Positions 51,971 through 62,032 of a stretch of 64,000 nucleotides of DNA are shown here, in pieces; the first letter of the stretch is position 1; the number at the start of each line of letters is the position of its first letter. Source of the stretch: Solirubrobacteraceae bacterium (GTDB lineage: Bacteria; Actinomycetota; Thermoleophilia; Solirubrobacterales; Solirubrobacteraceae); NCBI GenBank assembly GCA_034665005.1, contig JAXDGO010000048.1, positions 38,863-102,862 on the forward strand, written 5' to 3'. The position numbers were made by a program, and so were the translations under genes. The notes under the pieces were generated by a model, which was given only the letters and a program-made list of their open reading frames with translations, did no database searches and was not told where the DNA came from.

Positions 51971-53341
51971 CTACGTCGCGTCGACGGCGGCCTGCGCCTC
52001 GACGCCAAGCGGCTTCTCGGCGGCGATCCGCGCGGCCTGCTCGGGTCCGGTGAACGGTGCGAGGGTGATGTAGGTGATGAGGGGGAGGAGCTCGGGGAGG
52101 CGCTCGGTGTGTCCGCGGTGGATTTCCTCGGCGATGATCTCGAAGCGGGCTCCGGCGATCGTTTCACCTGTGATCTCGGGGACCTGGGCGAGCTCGAATC
52201 CGGGGTCTAGCAGCCCTGTGAAGGGCTGCAGCTCTTCCTGGCGTATGTGGTGGGCGTCGGCGCCTGTGCCGAGGAATGACACGAAGACGAGCTGGGCGTG
52301 GTCGGGCCGCGCGGCGTACCACTCGAGTAGCTGGGCCATGCCGGCGTGTATCGCCCGCGGCCAGTCCTCCTGGTGGGCGCGGTAGGCCTCGGCGGTGAAG
52401 GCGAACGCCTCCTGGCAGTCGTGCCGGTAGGTCTCGACAAAGGCCTCATCACGGTCTGAGAAATGTTCGTAGAAGGTCTGATGCGAGACCTTGGCGTGGC
52501 GCGCCACGCCTGAGAGTGTGAGCCCGCCGTAGCCTTTTTCGCGGCTGATCGCGGCGACCGCGTCCATGAGCCTTTGGCGCTGGTTCTCGCGTACGTACTC
52601 GCGGGGGTAGCCGAGCCCCGTCAGCGGCGGCGGCGGCTTTGCAGGAGGGTCCGCGGGGGGACGGCGAGACCGTTTCGCGCGCGCCAGCTCAATCGGCGCG
52701 TCCGTCAGATAGCTGAGCATCCATTCCGACAGCGGGTCGAGCAGGTCCGGAAGCTCGTCGGTTGTGCCGCTGGCGACGCGGTTGTAGACGACCTCGCGGA
52801 CACCGCCGACGAGCCCGCGGAGGATCAGGCCGGATACCGGGTTCGGCCCGGGTGCGCGGGCGGCGTGCTGCTTGAACAGTGCCTGGAAGTTGTCGGTGAG
52901 CCGGCGGTCGCGCTGCATGGCCTGCGGTCCTGCCGTGAGTGCGTCGACGAGCACCAGGCGCGCCTGCTCCGGGTGCCCCGCCGTGGTTTGCAGCACCGCC
53001 CCTACCGCGCCCTTCAGTAGCTCATCCCACGGGACTGGTGCCGTGGACGCTTCGAGCACTTTGCCGCCGTAGTCCTCCAGGATGGAGTCGTAGCTTTCGA
53101 GGAAGCACGCTTCGAGGCTGTCGAACTGGGCGGCGAAGGTGCGCTCTGTCACCCGTGCACGTTTGCAGAGCGTCCCGATTGTGACCTTTTGGAAGCCCTG
53201 CTCGGCGACCAGCTGGATCATCGCTTGCACGAGCCGCGCCCGCTGATGATCGGCGACGACGCTCGGGGCTAGGCCGTGTCGCCCCGCGGGGAGGGGTGCG
53301 AAGCCCGCGTCCTCGTCGGCGGGAGGCGATCCGGGCGACAT
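51971..53341 (-). CDS. tandem (double) TetR/AcrR-family regulator
   Basis: LPAGRHGL...QRARLVQAM HTH and a second ENQRQRLMDA...VSHQTFYEHF HTH. Confidence 0.88.
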   Translation of the reverse strand: MSPGSPPADEDAGFAPLPAGRHGLAPSVVADHQRARLVQAMIQLVAEQGFQKVTIGTLCKRARVTERTFAAQFDSLEACFLESYDSILEDYGGKVLEASTAPVPWDELLKGAVGAVLQTTAGHPEQARLVLVDALTAGPQAMQRDRRLTDNFQALFKQHAARAPGPNPVSGLILRGLVGGVREVVYNRVASGTTDELPDLLDPLSEWMLSYLTDAPIELARAKRSRRPPADPPAKPPPPLTGLGYPREYVRENQRQRLMDAVAAISREKGYGGLTLSGVARHAKVSHQTFYEHFSDRDEAFVETYRHDCQEAFAFTAEAYRAHQEDWPRAIHAGMAQLLEWYAARPDHAQLVFVSFLGTGADAHHIRQEELQPFTGLLDPGFELAQVPEITGETIAGARFEIIAEEIHRGHTERLPELLPLITYITLAPFTGPEQAARIAAEKPLGVEAQAAVDAT

Positions 53342-53429
53342 GTCCGAAGGCAAGATAGCCGCATCCTCCAGATGGGGTAGTCGGAGCGGGGGACTCAACA
53401 CAATGCTATTGGATTTTCAGACCGGGCTC

Positions 53430-53459
53430 TTGACATGCTCGCGTTGATTTGTGTACTGT
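53430..53459 (+). promoter_or_regulatory. sigma70-type promoter for the secreted-protein operon
   Basis: TTGACA-N18-TACTGT with extended TG. Confidence 0.6.
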
Positions 53460-53574
53460 GCCGCCCGGCCATCACGCGCCCCGGGCATCTCGCCGGGACG
53501 AGAGGGGCTTGCCGGCGATCGCCACGGGGAGGCGCACGTCGGTGAACTGGGATCGAGGAACGAGGAGGAAGTTG

Positions 53575-55725
53575 ATGCTGCGTCGGATCGTGCCTGTGCT
53601 TATGGCCTTGGTTTCGCTCGGGTTGTTCCCTGCCGCGGCGTCGGCTGAAGGGTGTCCCAACGAGCAGCTGCGAGTCGCAAACAACTCGACGCAGCTTCCT
53701 GACTGCCGCGCCTACGAGCAGGTTTCGCCTCGGGACAAGAACGGCTCGACCACCGACGATTTCTCCGCCGCGGGGGACGACAGCATCGATGATCCGCTCC
53801 TGATCGGAGAAGATGGCAACTCCGCGCTGCTCGAGTTCAATGGCGCCGTCTCCGAATCGAAGTACGGCGGCTATACGAGCTTACGCGCGACGCGGACCGC
53901 TCAAGGCTGGACGTCATCGGTGCTATCGCCGCCCCGCGCCGATGAACGCCCCAGCTCTCCGTTTGGTGAACTTCCCTTCTATCTCGGTGCGTCCAGTGAC
54001 ACGTCCAAGCTTCTCTTCTCACGAAGGCACCTTGACACCAGCGAAGGCTTCAACGTCACAGAACGACTCGAGCTGGTTGGCGCGGATGGCGCATACGCAG
54101 AAGCCTCGAAGGGAAGCCTCGGAGGGCCGGATCTGAGTGAAGCTGCCTTCGCCGGAATGTCGACCGATGCGTCGCATCTCTTCTTTCAGAGCTCAGCGAC
54201 GCTCGAGAGCGGAGCATCGGGCCTCGAAGGCGGAGCGTCGATGCTGTACGAGCGTCTGCCCGCCCAGGGCCTCACGCGCGTGGTCGGGATCCTCCCGAAC
54301 GGGAGTCTCGCTAGTCGCGGGGCGATCCTTGGTAGCGGCGGCTATGACGTTCCGAACGCCTCGGCGCACCAGGCGATGGTGCGGCACGCCGTTTCGGTCG
54401 ACGGCAGCCACGTGGTCTTCTCGGCGAGCCCCGCGGAAGGCAGCCCTCCCGAGCTGTATGACCGCATCGACGCGCAGCGGACCATCCAGCTCTCCGCGCC
54501 TCAGCGTACCGGCGGCGCAGGAGCCCCTCCGACCGTGGGGGTGCGCTACCAGGACGCGAGCGCCGACGGCTCGTCCGTGTTCTTCCTCTCCGACGCGCAA
54601 CTGACCGACGACGACACTGACAGCAACGTCGATCTCTACCGCTTCACGTTCAACGCCGCCGCCACCGGAGGCACGCTGACCCGCATCTCCGGCGGCTTAG
54701 GTGCCGGCACCTCGTTCGACGGTGAGATCGGCTTGGTAGCGGCCTCGGAAGATGGTCAGGTCGCGTACTTCGTGTCGACCGCGACGCTCGAAGGCCACGG
54801 CACTCCCGGCGCCCCCAACCTGTACGTCAATGATCGCGGCACCGTGCGCTTCGTCGCCACGCTTTCGACGCTCGATCATGTTGTCGCGCAGTCGGCGCCG
54901 AACGATTCAACCGGCGGGATCTCTTACATCCCACAGGCGCAGACGACGCCGGACGGCGCCAAGCTGTTGTTTCAAACCCATGCCCAAGTGACGTCGTTCG
55001 CCAACGCTGGCTTCGGAGAGATTTACACCTACACGCTCCCATCGAAGTCACTTTCCTGCATCTCATGCACGATCGTCAGCGCTGCCCCGACCGCTGATGC
55101 GAGCCTCAGCACCGAAGTTCGGTCGTCGTTCTTTGCTCCGGCAAGGAACATCTCCGACGATGGAAGCTGGATCTTCTTCCAAGCCGGCGACGCGCTCGTG
55201 CCCGGCGACGTCAACGGCAAGCAGGACGTGTACGAGTGGCATGACGGCATCGTTTCGCTGCTCTCAGGCGGCCAGGGGTCAGACGACTCCTTCTTCGCTG
55301 GGTCCGATGTCGGGAGCGACAAGCGCGACGTGTTCTTCCTCACGGTCGACAAGTTGACGCCGAGCGACACCGACACGGCATACGACCTCTACGACGCCCG
55401 CATCGGGGGAGGCTTCCCGGCCCCGCCAGGGGCTCCGCCGGGATGCTCGGCTGACTGCCAAGGTGAATCAACAGCACCGCCCCCGCTCACGGCGCCCGCC
55501 AGCGCCTTGTTCGCGGGTGCGGGAAACCTTGCGCCGTCCCAGCAGACCCTTGCGAGACCGAAGGTTCTGAGCCGCTCCCAGAAGCTCGCTGGGGCGCTCA
55601 GGTCATGCAACGCGAAGCGCAACAGGCATAAACGAGCCGTCTGTCAGGCGCAGGCCCGCAAGAGGTATGGATCGACGTTCAAGGCGAAGAAGGGCTCCAG
55701 GAGGCTGAAAAATGTCAGGCCGTAA
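53575..55725 (+). CDS. secreted beta-propeller-like surface protein with basic Cys-containing tail
   Basis: signal peptide, LPDCRAYEQVSP, repeated SxDGSxVFF blades, DLYDAR, QKLAGALRSC...C...ARKRYG. Confidence 0.8.
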   Translation: MLRRIVPVLMALVSLGLFPAAASAEGCPNEQLRVANNSTQLPDCRAYEQVSPRDKNGSTTDDFSAAGDDSIDDPLLIGEDGNSALLEFNGAVSESKYGGYTSLRATRTAQGWTSSVLSPPRADERPSSPFGELPFYLGASSDTSKLLFSRRHLDTSEGFNVTERLELVGADGAYAEASKGSLGGPDLSEAAFAGMSTDASHLFFQSSATLESGASGLEGGASMLYERLPAQGLTRVVGILPNGSLASRGAILGSGGYDVPNASAHQAMVRHAVSVDGSHVVFSASPAEGSPPELYDRIDAQRTIQLSAPQRTGGAGAPPTVGVRYQDASADGSSVFFLSDAQLTDDDTDSNVDLYRFTFNAAATGGTLTRISGGLGAGTSFDGEIGLVAASEDGQVAYFVSTATLEGHGTPGAPNLYVNDRGTVRFVATLSTLDHVVAQSAPNDSTGGISYIPQAQTTPDGAKLLFQTHAQVTSFANAGFGEIYTYTLPSKSLSCISCTIVSAAPTADASLSTEVRSSFFAPARNISDDGSWIFFQAGDALVPGDVNGKQDVYEWHDGIVSLLSGGQGSDDSFFAGSDVGSDKRDVFFLTVDKLTPSDTDTAYDLYDARIGGGFPAPPGAPPGCSADCQGESTAPPPLTAPASALFAGAGNLAPSQQTLARPKVLSRSQKLAGALRSCNAKRNRHKRAVCQAQARKRYGSTFKAKKGSRRLKNVRP

Positions 55726-58450
55726 ACCTCTCCGTAGATACATTTCGGCTCTGGCGGCATCACTCGTGGTCTTCGCCGCGGCCGGGGCGATCCCCGGCAC
55801 TGCCTCAGCAAAGATCCAGGTCACCTCGTTCACAGCCGGGCCCACCGGCCCGAATGCCACACAGGCCGGTGCGCACGCCGACGTTCAGGCCATCTTCATG
55901 ACCGCCGTCGACCCGGCCGCCACTTTGTTCGGATTGCCAATTCAAGCCGAGACGACGAAGGATGTGGCTGTCGAACTGCCTCCCGGGTTCGTCGGCAGCA
56001 CGACCGCCGCGCCGAAGTGCACGCTCACCGAATTCGCCGCTCACAACTGCCCGGTGACCTCGCAGGTCGGCTCGGCGACGGTCATCAGCAATGCCGCCTT
56101 CTTGACGGAAGGCACCTCGGGAAGCGCCGACTTTTCCGTCTATCTCCTCCAGCCGTCGGAAGGGAACACCGCCGAGTTCGGCTTCACGCTCGGCGGCATC
56201 GGCAACGTGCTCGCCGTCGCCTCCGTCCGCAGCGGCTCCGACTACGGGCTCCACGTAGCGCTGAAAGACCTACCCTCGGAGCTGTTGCCGTTCATGTTCG
56301 GAGCGCGCCTGACCCTCTGGGGCGTGCCCGCCGATCCGAGCCACGATGCTGAGCGCTCAGTACGCGGCCTCGGGTTCGTGGCCGCAGGAGAAACCGGTGT
56401 CTCGTCAAGCGCCCCCCTGGTCCCATTCCTGACGAACCCCACGCGCTGCGACGGATCCCCTGAGGTCACCTCGTTGAGCGTCGACTCGTGGCAGTCACCC
56501 GGCCAGTTCGACGAAGAAACGTCGGCCACGCCGCCGCTCACAGGCTGTGACCGGCTGCCGTTCGCCCCGTCGCTGGACGTGCAGCCAGATCGCACGCAGG
56601 CGTCGGCCCCGGCGGGCTACCAAGTGGACCTGCAGCTGCCGCAGAACGAGAACCCCGGCAGCCTAGCGACCGCCGACCTGGAGACCGCCGTCGTGACACT
56701 CCCGCAGGGCGTGACCGTCTCGCCCTCGGCGGCCGAAGGGCTTGGCGCCTGCTCCCCAGGACAGATAAGCCTGGGGAACATGAGCCGCCCCTCCTGCCCG
56801 GAGTCCTCGAAGATCGGCTCGGTCACGATAGACACGCCGCTCCTGGAACACCCGCTCGAAGGCTCCGTGTATCTCGCGCGGCAGGGCGACAACCCGTTCG
56901 GGACGCTGCTCGCCGTGTACCTGGTGGCGGAAGGCAGCGGCGTGACGATCAAGCTTCCCGGCAAGGTCGACGCCGACCCCGTCACGGGCCAGCTCACGGC
57001 GACCTTCGACAACAACCCCCAGCTCCCGTTCAGCGACCTGAGGCTCGCCTTCAAGAGCGGCCCGCACGCGGCTCTAGTCAACCCCGCGGCGTGCGGCACA
57101 TACACCACCAGGTCGCAGTTGACGTCCTGGAGTGGAAAGACGGCCCAGTCCGAAAGCAGCTTCCAGATAACCGAAGGCCAAAACGGGAGCCCGTGCCCGA
57201 TAGGCGCGTTCACCCCGTCGTTCACCGCCGGCACCACGAGCAACCCGGCAGGCTCCTTCAGCCCGTTCACGCTCGCCTTCTCGCGTAGCGATGGCGACCA
57301 GACGCTCGGCGGCATCACCCTGCGGCTCCCGCCGGGCCTGCTTGGTGTGCTGAAGAGCGTGCCGCAGTGCCGGGAGCCGCAGGCGTCCAACGGCGGGTGC
57401 GGCGCTGCGAGCGAAATCGGCAACACGTCGGTCGCGGCAGGCGCGGGCCAGACTCCGTTCTGGCTCGGGGGGAAGGTGTTCCTCACTGGCCCGTATAAGG
57501 GCGCGCCGTTTGGCCTGTCGATCGTGGTGCCCGCGATCGCGGGGCCGTTCAACCTCGGCACCGTCGTCGTACGCGCCGCGATCAACGTCGACCCGCGCAC
57601 CGCGCAGGTGACGGCCGCGAGCGACCCGCTGCCGACGATCCTGCAGGGGATCCCGCTGGATCTTAGGACGGTCAATGTCACGGCCGACCGTCCCGGGTTC
57701 CTGTTCAACCCGACGAGCTGCGCTCCGCTCAGCGTGACCGGCACGATCACCTCGGTGCAGGGCGTGACCGCTGCGGTCTCCAGCCATTTCCAGGCGGCGA
57801 ACTGCGCGAGCCTGCCGTTCAAGCCAAAGCTGACCGCGTTGACGCAGGCGAAGTACAGCAAAGCCGGTGGTGAGAGCCTGCATGTAAAGGTCGTCTCCGG
57901 TGCCGGCCAGGCGAACATCGCGAAAGTCAGGGTGCTGCTGCCGAACCTGCTGCCGTCACGGTTGACCACGCTTCAGAAAGCCTGTCGGGAGGCGACGTTC
58001 AACGCGAACCCCGCCTTGTGTCCCGCGGCGTCAGTCGTGGGCACCGGCACGGCGGTGACGCCGGTGCTCGCGCACCCGCTCACCGGTCCCGCCTATCTGG
58101 TTTCCCACGGTGGGGCGGCCTTCCCCGATCTCGTGGTGGTGCTGCAGGATGAAGGGATCACGCTCTACCTCGACGGCAACACGGACATCAAAAAGGGCAT
58201 CACCAGCTCGACGTTCAACTCGGTGCCCGACGCTCCGATCAGCACGTTCGATCTGGTGCTGCCGCAGGGCCCGCATTCGGCGCTCGCCGCCAACGGAAAC
58301 CTCTGCAAGAGCCCGCTGAGCATGCCCACGACGATCACCGGGCAGAACGGCGCGCAGGTCACGCAAACCACCACGATCGCCGTGACGGGCTGCGCCAGAC
58401 ACAAGGGGAAGGCCCACAAGGCCAAGCGCCGGAAGGGCCACCACACGTAG
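55712..58450 (+). CDS. large secreted protein with four internal repeats of about 200 aa
   Basis: signal peptide; four LP(P/Q/N)...C...C(P/G)xxSx(V/I)G units; basic tail. Confidence 0.82.
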   Translation: MSGRKPLRRYISALAASLVVFAAAGAIPGTASAKIQVTSFTAGPTGPNATQAGAHADVQAIFMTAVDPAATLFGLPIQAETTKDVAVELPPGFVGSTTAAPKCTLTEFAAHNCPVTSQVGSATVISNAAFLTEGTSGSADFSVYLLQPSEGNTAEFGFTLGGIGNVLAVASVRSGSDYGLHVALKDLPSELLPFMFGARLTLWGVPADPSHDAERSVRGLGFVAAGETGVSSSAPLVPFLTNPTRCDGSPEVTSLSVDSWQSPGQFDEETSATPPLTGCDRLPFAPSLDVQPDRTQASAPAGYQVDLQLPQNENPGSLATADLETAVVTLPQGVTVSPSAAEGLGACSPGQISLGNMSRPSCPESSKIGSVTIDTPLLEHPLEGSVYLARQGDNPFGTLLAVYLVAEGSGVTIKLPGKVDADPVTGQLTATFDNNPQLPFSDLRLAFKSGPHAALVNPAACGTYTTRSQLTSWSGKTAQSESSFQITEGQNGSPCPIGAFTPSFTAGTTSNPAGSFSPFTLAFSRSDGDQTLGGITLRLPPGLLGVLKSVPQCREPQASNGGCGAASEIGNTSVAAGAGQTPFWLGGKVFLTGPYKGAPFGLSIVVPAIAGPFNLGTVVVRAAINVDPRTAQVTAASDPLPTILQGIPLDLRTVNVTADRPGFLFNPTSCAPLSVTGTITSVQGVTAAVSSHFQAANCASLPFKPKLTALTQAKYSKAGGESLHVKVVSGAGQANIAKVRVLLPNLLPSRLTTLQKACREATFNANPALCPAASVVGTGTAVTPVLAHPLTGPAYLVSHGGAAFPDLVVVLQDEGITLYLDGNTDIKKGITSSTFNSVPDAPISTFDLVLPQGPHSALAANGNLCKSPLSMPTTITGQNGAQVTQTTTIAVTGCARHKGKAHKAKRRKGHHT

Positions 58451-58681
58451 GGGCGCTATCGCTCGACCGCTTGCTGATCTTGGCGCCGCCTCGCCTGACG
58501 ACGCGACGCCCGGCGGGGGCCCGTCGCATGTACGTCAAGTTTGGCGTGCCGGGTCCCTGAGCGAGAGGGACGCCGTGGCCAGCCCCCCATCGGCCGTGGC
58601 GTCCCGCTCGCCACACCCACCCAGGCGACTTCGATCGTCGCTGGCGACGCGCGTCGACCCGATCGCCTGACGGAGCGCAAC

Positions 58682-58945
58682 ATGCGCGTGACCTACCGCA
58701 CTACGAGAGTGCTCGCCGCGATCGCGGCCCAGCCCGGGCTCAGCAACAGCGAGATCGGGCAACGCGCAGGGGTCAATGATCAAGGCCAGATCTCAAAGCT
58801 GCTCGCTCGGCTCGCACGACTCGGGCTGGCCGAGAACGTCCGCGCGGGCCAGGCCAACGGCCTGCCGAACGCGTGGCAGCTCACCCCTCGCGGCAAGGAG
58901 CTCGAGCGAACCGTCGCACAGGACGCCGGCGAGCGCTCGAAGTAG
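58682..58945 (+). CDS. stand-alone winged-helix (MarR-like) protein
   Basis: MRVTYRTTRVL...SNSEIGQRAGVNDQGQISKLLARL...NAWQLTPRG; GGAG before ATG 58682. Confidence 0.65.
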   Translation: MRVTYRTTRVLAAIAAQPGLSNSEIGQRAGVNDQGQISKLLARLARLGLAENVRAGQANGLPNAWQLTPRGKELERTVAQDAGERSK

Positions 58946-58967
58946 GGCAGACGGAAGATCTCGCTGC

Positions 58968-60344
58968 TCACGCGGCGCTGTCGTCGAGGGCTTCGCGGAT
59001 CTTGCGGTCGACGAACTCGCTGGCGACCTCGGCGCCGGTGTACGGCGTGAGCACGATGTAGGCCATCAGCGGCAGCAGGCCGGGCAGCTCGTCATTCCGC
59101 CCATGGCGGATGAGGTGGGACGTGATCTCGTACACCGCCATCGCGATAGCTTCGCTCGCGACTCGGTGCTTGGCGTCGTCTTGCGTCTCGATGTACACGT
59201 TGCCCTCTTGGAGGAAGAAAGTGAAGGCCATGACCCGCTCGTCGACCCGTTCCACGAGCTCGGGTGAGATGGTGTGCGCCTCGACCATCCCGAGGTGCGC
59301 GAAGCTCCGGAAGTTCGCCATGAAGTCGGTGTAGGCGCGCAGCGACCGCCAGATCCGCTCCGGCCAGTCCGTGGAGGTGTAGAACGCGCCTACGGCGAGC
59401 GCCATCAGGGTCTGGAACCCGGTCTCGTAGGCGTTCATGAAGGCGTCCTGCTTGTCGCGGTAGTGCCGGTAGAACACCTCGCGCGCCAGGCCCGCTTCGG
59501 CGACGATGTCGGCGACCGTCGTCTCGGCGTAGCCCTGCTCGGCGGTCACCGACGCCGTGGCGTGCAGGATCCGCTGACGCTGGTTCTCGGCGACCTGCTC
59601 TGCGGACAGCCGCGTGCGCCCGCGTGAGGGGCGCTGCGGTGGCGCGAGGCCTGCCGCGTAGTCGGGTGGACCGGCACGGAGCCCGTCCGTGGGTGTCAGC
59701 GTCTGCCAGCGCTCCGAGCCGGACCGGCGGTAGCCCTCGATCCAGCCGACCAGCTCGACGTGAAGCGCCTCGAGATTGGCGTCTGCTTCGCGCATGCGGC
59801 GCACGAGCAGCCTGAGGGTCGCGCCGACCAGCGCCTTCGCGGGGATGTCAGGCACAGCGACCTCGCCCGGCGTTGCCCGCCGCCGGTCGATCGTCGACTC
59901 CATATCGGCGAGCAGCCGGTCCCGCGCTTCGAGCGCACGGCGGGTCGACAGCTTCGCTTCGGCGGCGAGCAGCATGATCGTCTGGGGCCGCTCTTTGGCG
60001 AACTCGAAGACGACGTCGACTCCCGCGCGCCAGACCTCGGACGGCTCGGTCGCATCGGCTCGGCGCTCAAGCTCGCCGAGCAGGTCGGCCGCGACACCTT
60101 GGTAGGCGGCGAGTAAGCATTCCTCCTTGTCGTCGAACAGCGTGTAGAAGGTCGCGGTCGAGACACGCGCGCGCTTTGAGATCTGGCCGACGGTCGTCGT
60201 GCCATAGGCCCCGTGGCTGACGAGCTCGACGATGGCCTCTACGAGCCGTTCACGCCCGCTCGCGCTGGACGAGACCGAGGGATTCGGTTTGAGTCTCCGC
60301 GCTCTTCCACGCCTCGACGCTTCTGCATCCCTGCTGCTTCTCAT
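58968..60344 (-). CDS. tandem (double) TetR/AcrR-family regulator
   Basis: RERLVEAI...VSTATFYTLF and ENQRQRILHA...LAREVFYRHY. Confidence 0.88.
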   Translation of the reverse strand: MRSSRDAEASRRGRARRLKPNPSVSSSASGRERLVEAIVELVSHGAYGTTTVGQISKRARVSTATFYTLFDDKEECLLAAYQGVAADLLGELERRADATEPSEVWRAGVDVVFEFAKERPQTIMLLAAEAKLSTRRALEARDRLLADMESTIDRRRATPGEVAVPDIPAKALVGATLRLLVRRMREADANLEALHVELVGWIEGYRRSGSERWQTLTPTDGLRAGPPDYAAGLAPPQRPSRGRTRLSAEQVAENQRQRILHATASVTAEQGYAETTVADIVAEAGLAREVFYRHYRDKQDAFMNAYETGFQTLMALAVGAFYTSTDWPERIWRSLRAYTDFMANFRSFAHLGMVEAHTISPELVERVDERVMAFTFFLQEGNVYIETQDDAKHRVASEAIAMAVYEITSHLIRHGRNDELPGLLPLMAYIVLTPYTGAEVASEFVDRKIREALDDSAA

Positions 60345-61738
60345 TTGCTGACCTCAGCGACACGGTCGCCCGCGATCCGTTCGATCAGCCTCACCGCCTC
60401 GGCCGGTCCGGTGAACGGCGCGATCGCGACGTAAGTGAGTCGGGGCAGCAGGCGCGGCAGCTCGCTGGCGCGGCCGTGGGCGATCTCGTGCCGGATCGTG
60501 TCGAACGTCGCGCCCGCGATCGCCTCGGAGCACAGGTGCGGCAGCTCGCGGGCCTCGGGGCGGTAGCCGTAGCCCTCGGCGATGAAGAACGTGAAGTTCA
60601 GCGTCACGTCGTCCATGCGCTGGATCGCTTCCGGCCCTGCGGCGTACGGCTCGACGAACCGCAGGTAGGCGACCAGAGGCTGTTGAGCGACGAACGTGGT
60701 TATCGAGTCCAGCACGTTCCACATCCGCTCGGGCCACGTGGCGCCTTCGAAGAAACGGATCGCCCCGACGGCCAGGTTCTCGTGCAGGTTGTTCTGCTGC
60801 GCGGCGCGGAACGCGTCGTGCTTGTCGGCGAAGTGCTGGTAGAAGGCGTTGCGGGTGATCCGGGCGGCGGACACGATGTCCGCGACGGTCATCTCGGCGT
60901 ACCCCTTGTCCCGCACCACCTCGGCGGTCGCGTACATGATCCTGTCGCGGTGGTTGCGTGCCACTACCGCGGCGCTCAGCCCGTGACGTCCGCGAGGCAG
61001 CGGCCCGGGCTTCGACGCCGAGGGCATCTGAGCCACCCCATCCAAACGGGGTGCGGAGGCGAGCATGGAGGCGGGGCTGGTGCTCCACCGCGCCTGGCCG
61101 GCCGGAGTGGCGTACGACTGGATCCAGCTCTCGAGGTCCTCGAGCAGCAGCGGCAGCTGGTCCGCGGACCCCGATCGCAGCCGGCGCGAGACGATCGCCC
61201 GGACAGCGCCGACGAGCGCGATCGCGGGCACGTCGAGGAGCATCTCGGCCTTGGGTGCCTCCCGGAGGAACTCCTCCACGGCGCGCTCGTACGCGTCCAT
61301 CAGCCGGTCGCGCTCGGCTGGCATCTGCGCCCGGTTTGCGAGACCCTCGATGAACACCATCCAGCCCGCCGCCGGGCTCTCCGTGACGGCGTTCAGCAGG
61401 TATTTGAGCGCGGCATGTTTCGCTTGCGGTCGCTCGACCGTCCTCGAGGTGCTCTGCATCTGGCCCAGGATGCGCGCCCCGGCGTCGCGGTAGGCGGCGG
61501 CGAAGCACTCGTCCTTGTCCGCGAACTGCTCGTAGAACGTCGCGTTCGAAACACCGGCATGCGAGGCGATGCCGGTGATGCTCACGTCGCTGAAGCCGTC
61601 CAGCGCCGCCAGCTCGGTCATGGCACGGATCAGCCGCTCACGCTGGGTCGGCTTCGGCCTTTCCGCCAACAGCGGTTTCTGGGCTCGGCCCGGGCTTCGC
61701 CGTCGGGTGGAGCGCGGTGGGCGGGGGGTTTCCGGCAT
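60341..61738 (-). CDS. tandem (double) TetR/AcrR-family regulator
   Basis: QRERLIRAM...VSNATFYEQF and LPRGRHGL...ITRNAFYQHF; ATGA overlap with the next gene. Confidence 0.88.
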   Translation of the reverse strand: MPETPRPPRSTRRRSPGRAQKPLLAERPKPTQRERLIRAMTELAALDGFSDVSITGIASHAGVSNATFYEQFADKDECFAAAYRDAGARILGQMQSTSRTVERPQAKHAALKYLLNAVTESPAAGWMVFIEGLANRAQMPAERDRLMDAYERAVEEFLREAPKAEMLLDVPAIALVGAVRAIVSRRLRSGSADQLPLLLEDLESWIQSYATPAGQARWSTSPASMLASAPRLDGVAQMPSASKPGPLPRGRHGLSAAVVARNHRDRIMYATAEVVRDKGYAEMTVADIVSAARITRNAFYQHFADKHDAFRAAQQNNLHENLAVGAIRFFEGATWPERMWNVLDSITTFVAQQPLVAYLRFVEPYAAGPEAIQRMDDVTLNFTFFIAEGYGYRPEARELPHLCSEAIAGATFDTIRHEIAHGRASELPRLLPRLTYVAIAPFTGPAEAVRLIERIAGDRVAEVSK

Positions 61739-62032
61739 CGGGGATCGTCCGGCAGCATAGAGGAACCCTCTAACTCGAACCACAGCATTTTTCCTCGTGA
61801 TCTACCAATAGCTTACAGCCAGCGGCACATCCAAACCGGCGGCTTGACACTACCACCGCCAATCGGCTATTTCGCCGACACCTAGCCGATCCGTTGCCTG
61901 CTCCTTGACAACGAGACTATCTCCGTGTAAAAACTCCGCTGCACTACAGAACTAGAAGCCGCTGACCGAGGAGCCGTCCCGTGCGTCGGGCCGGAATAAG
62001 GGAGCGGGAGGGTCTACAGGAGCGGGGGATTG

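Noticed and set aside
53406-61812. Shared 8-mer GCTATTGG (53406) / CCAATAGC (61805) in the two TetR intergenic regions
   Set aside because: Only 8 bp, in opposite relative orientation and with two instances; insufficient to call an operator.
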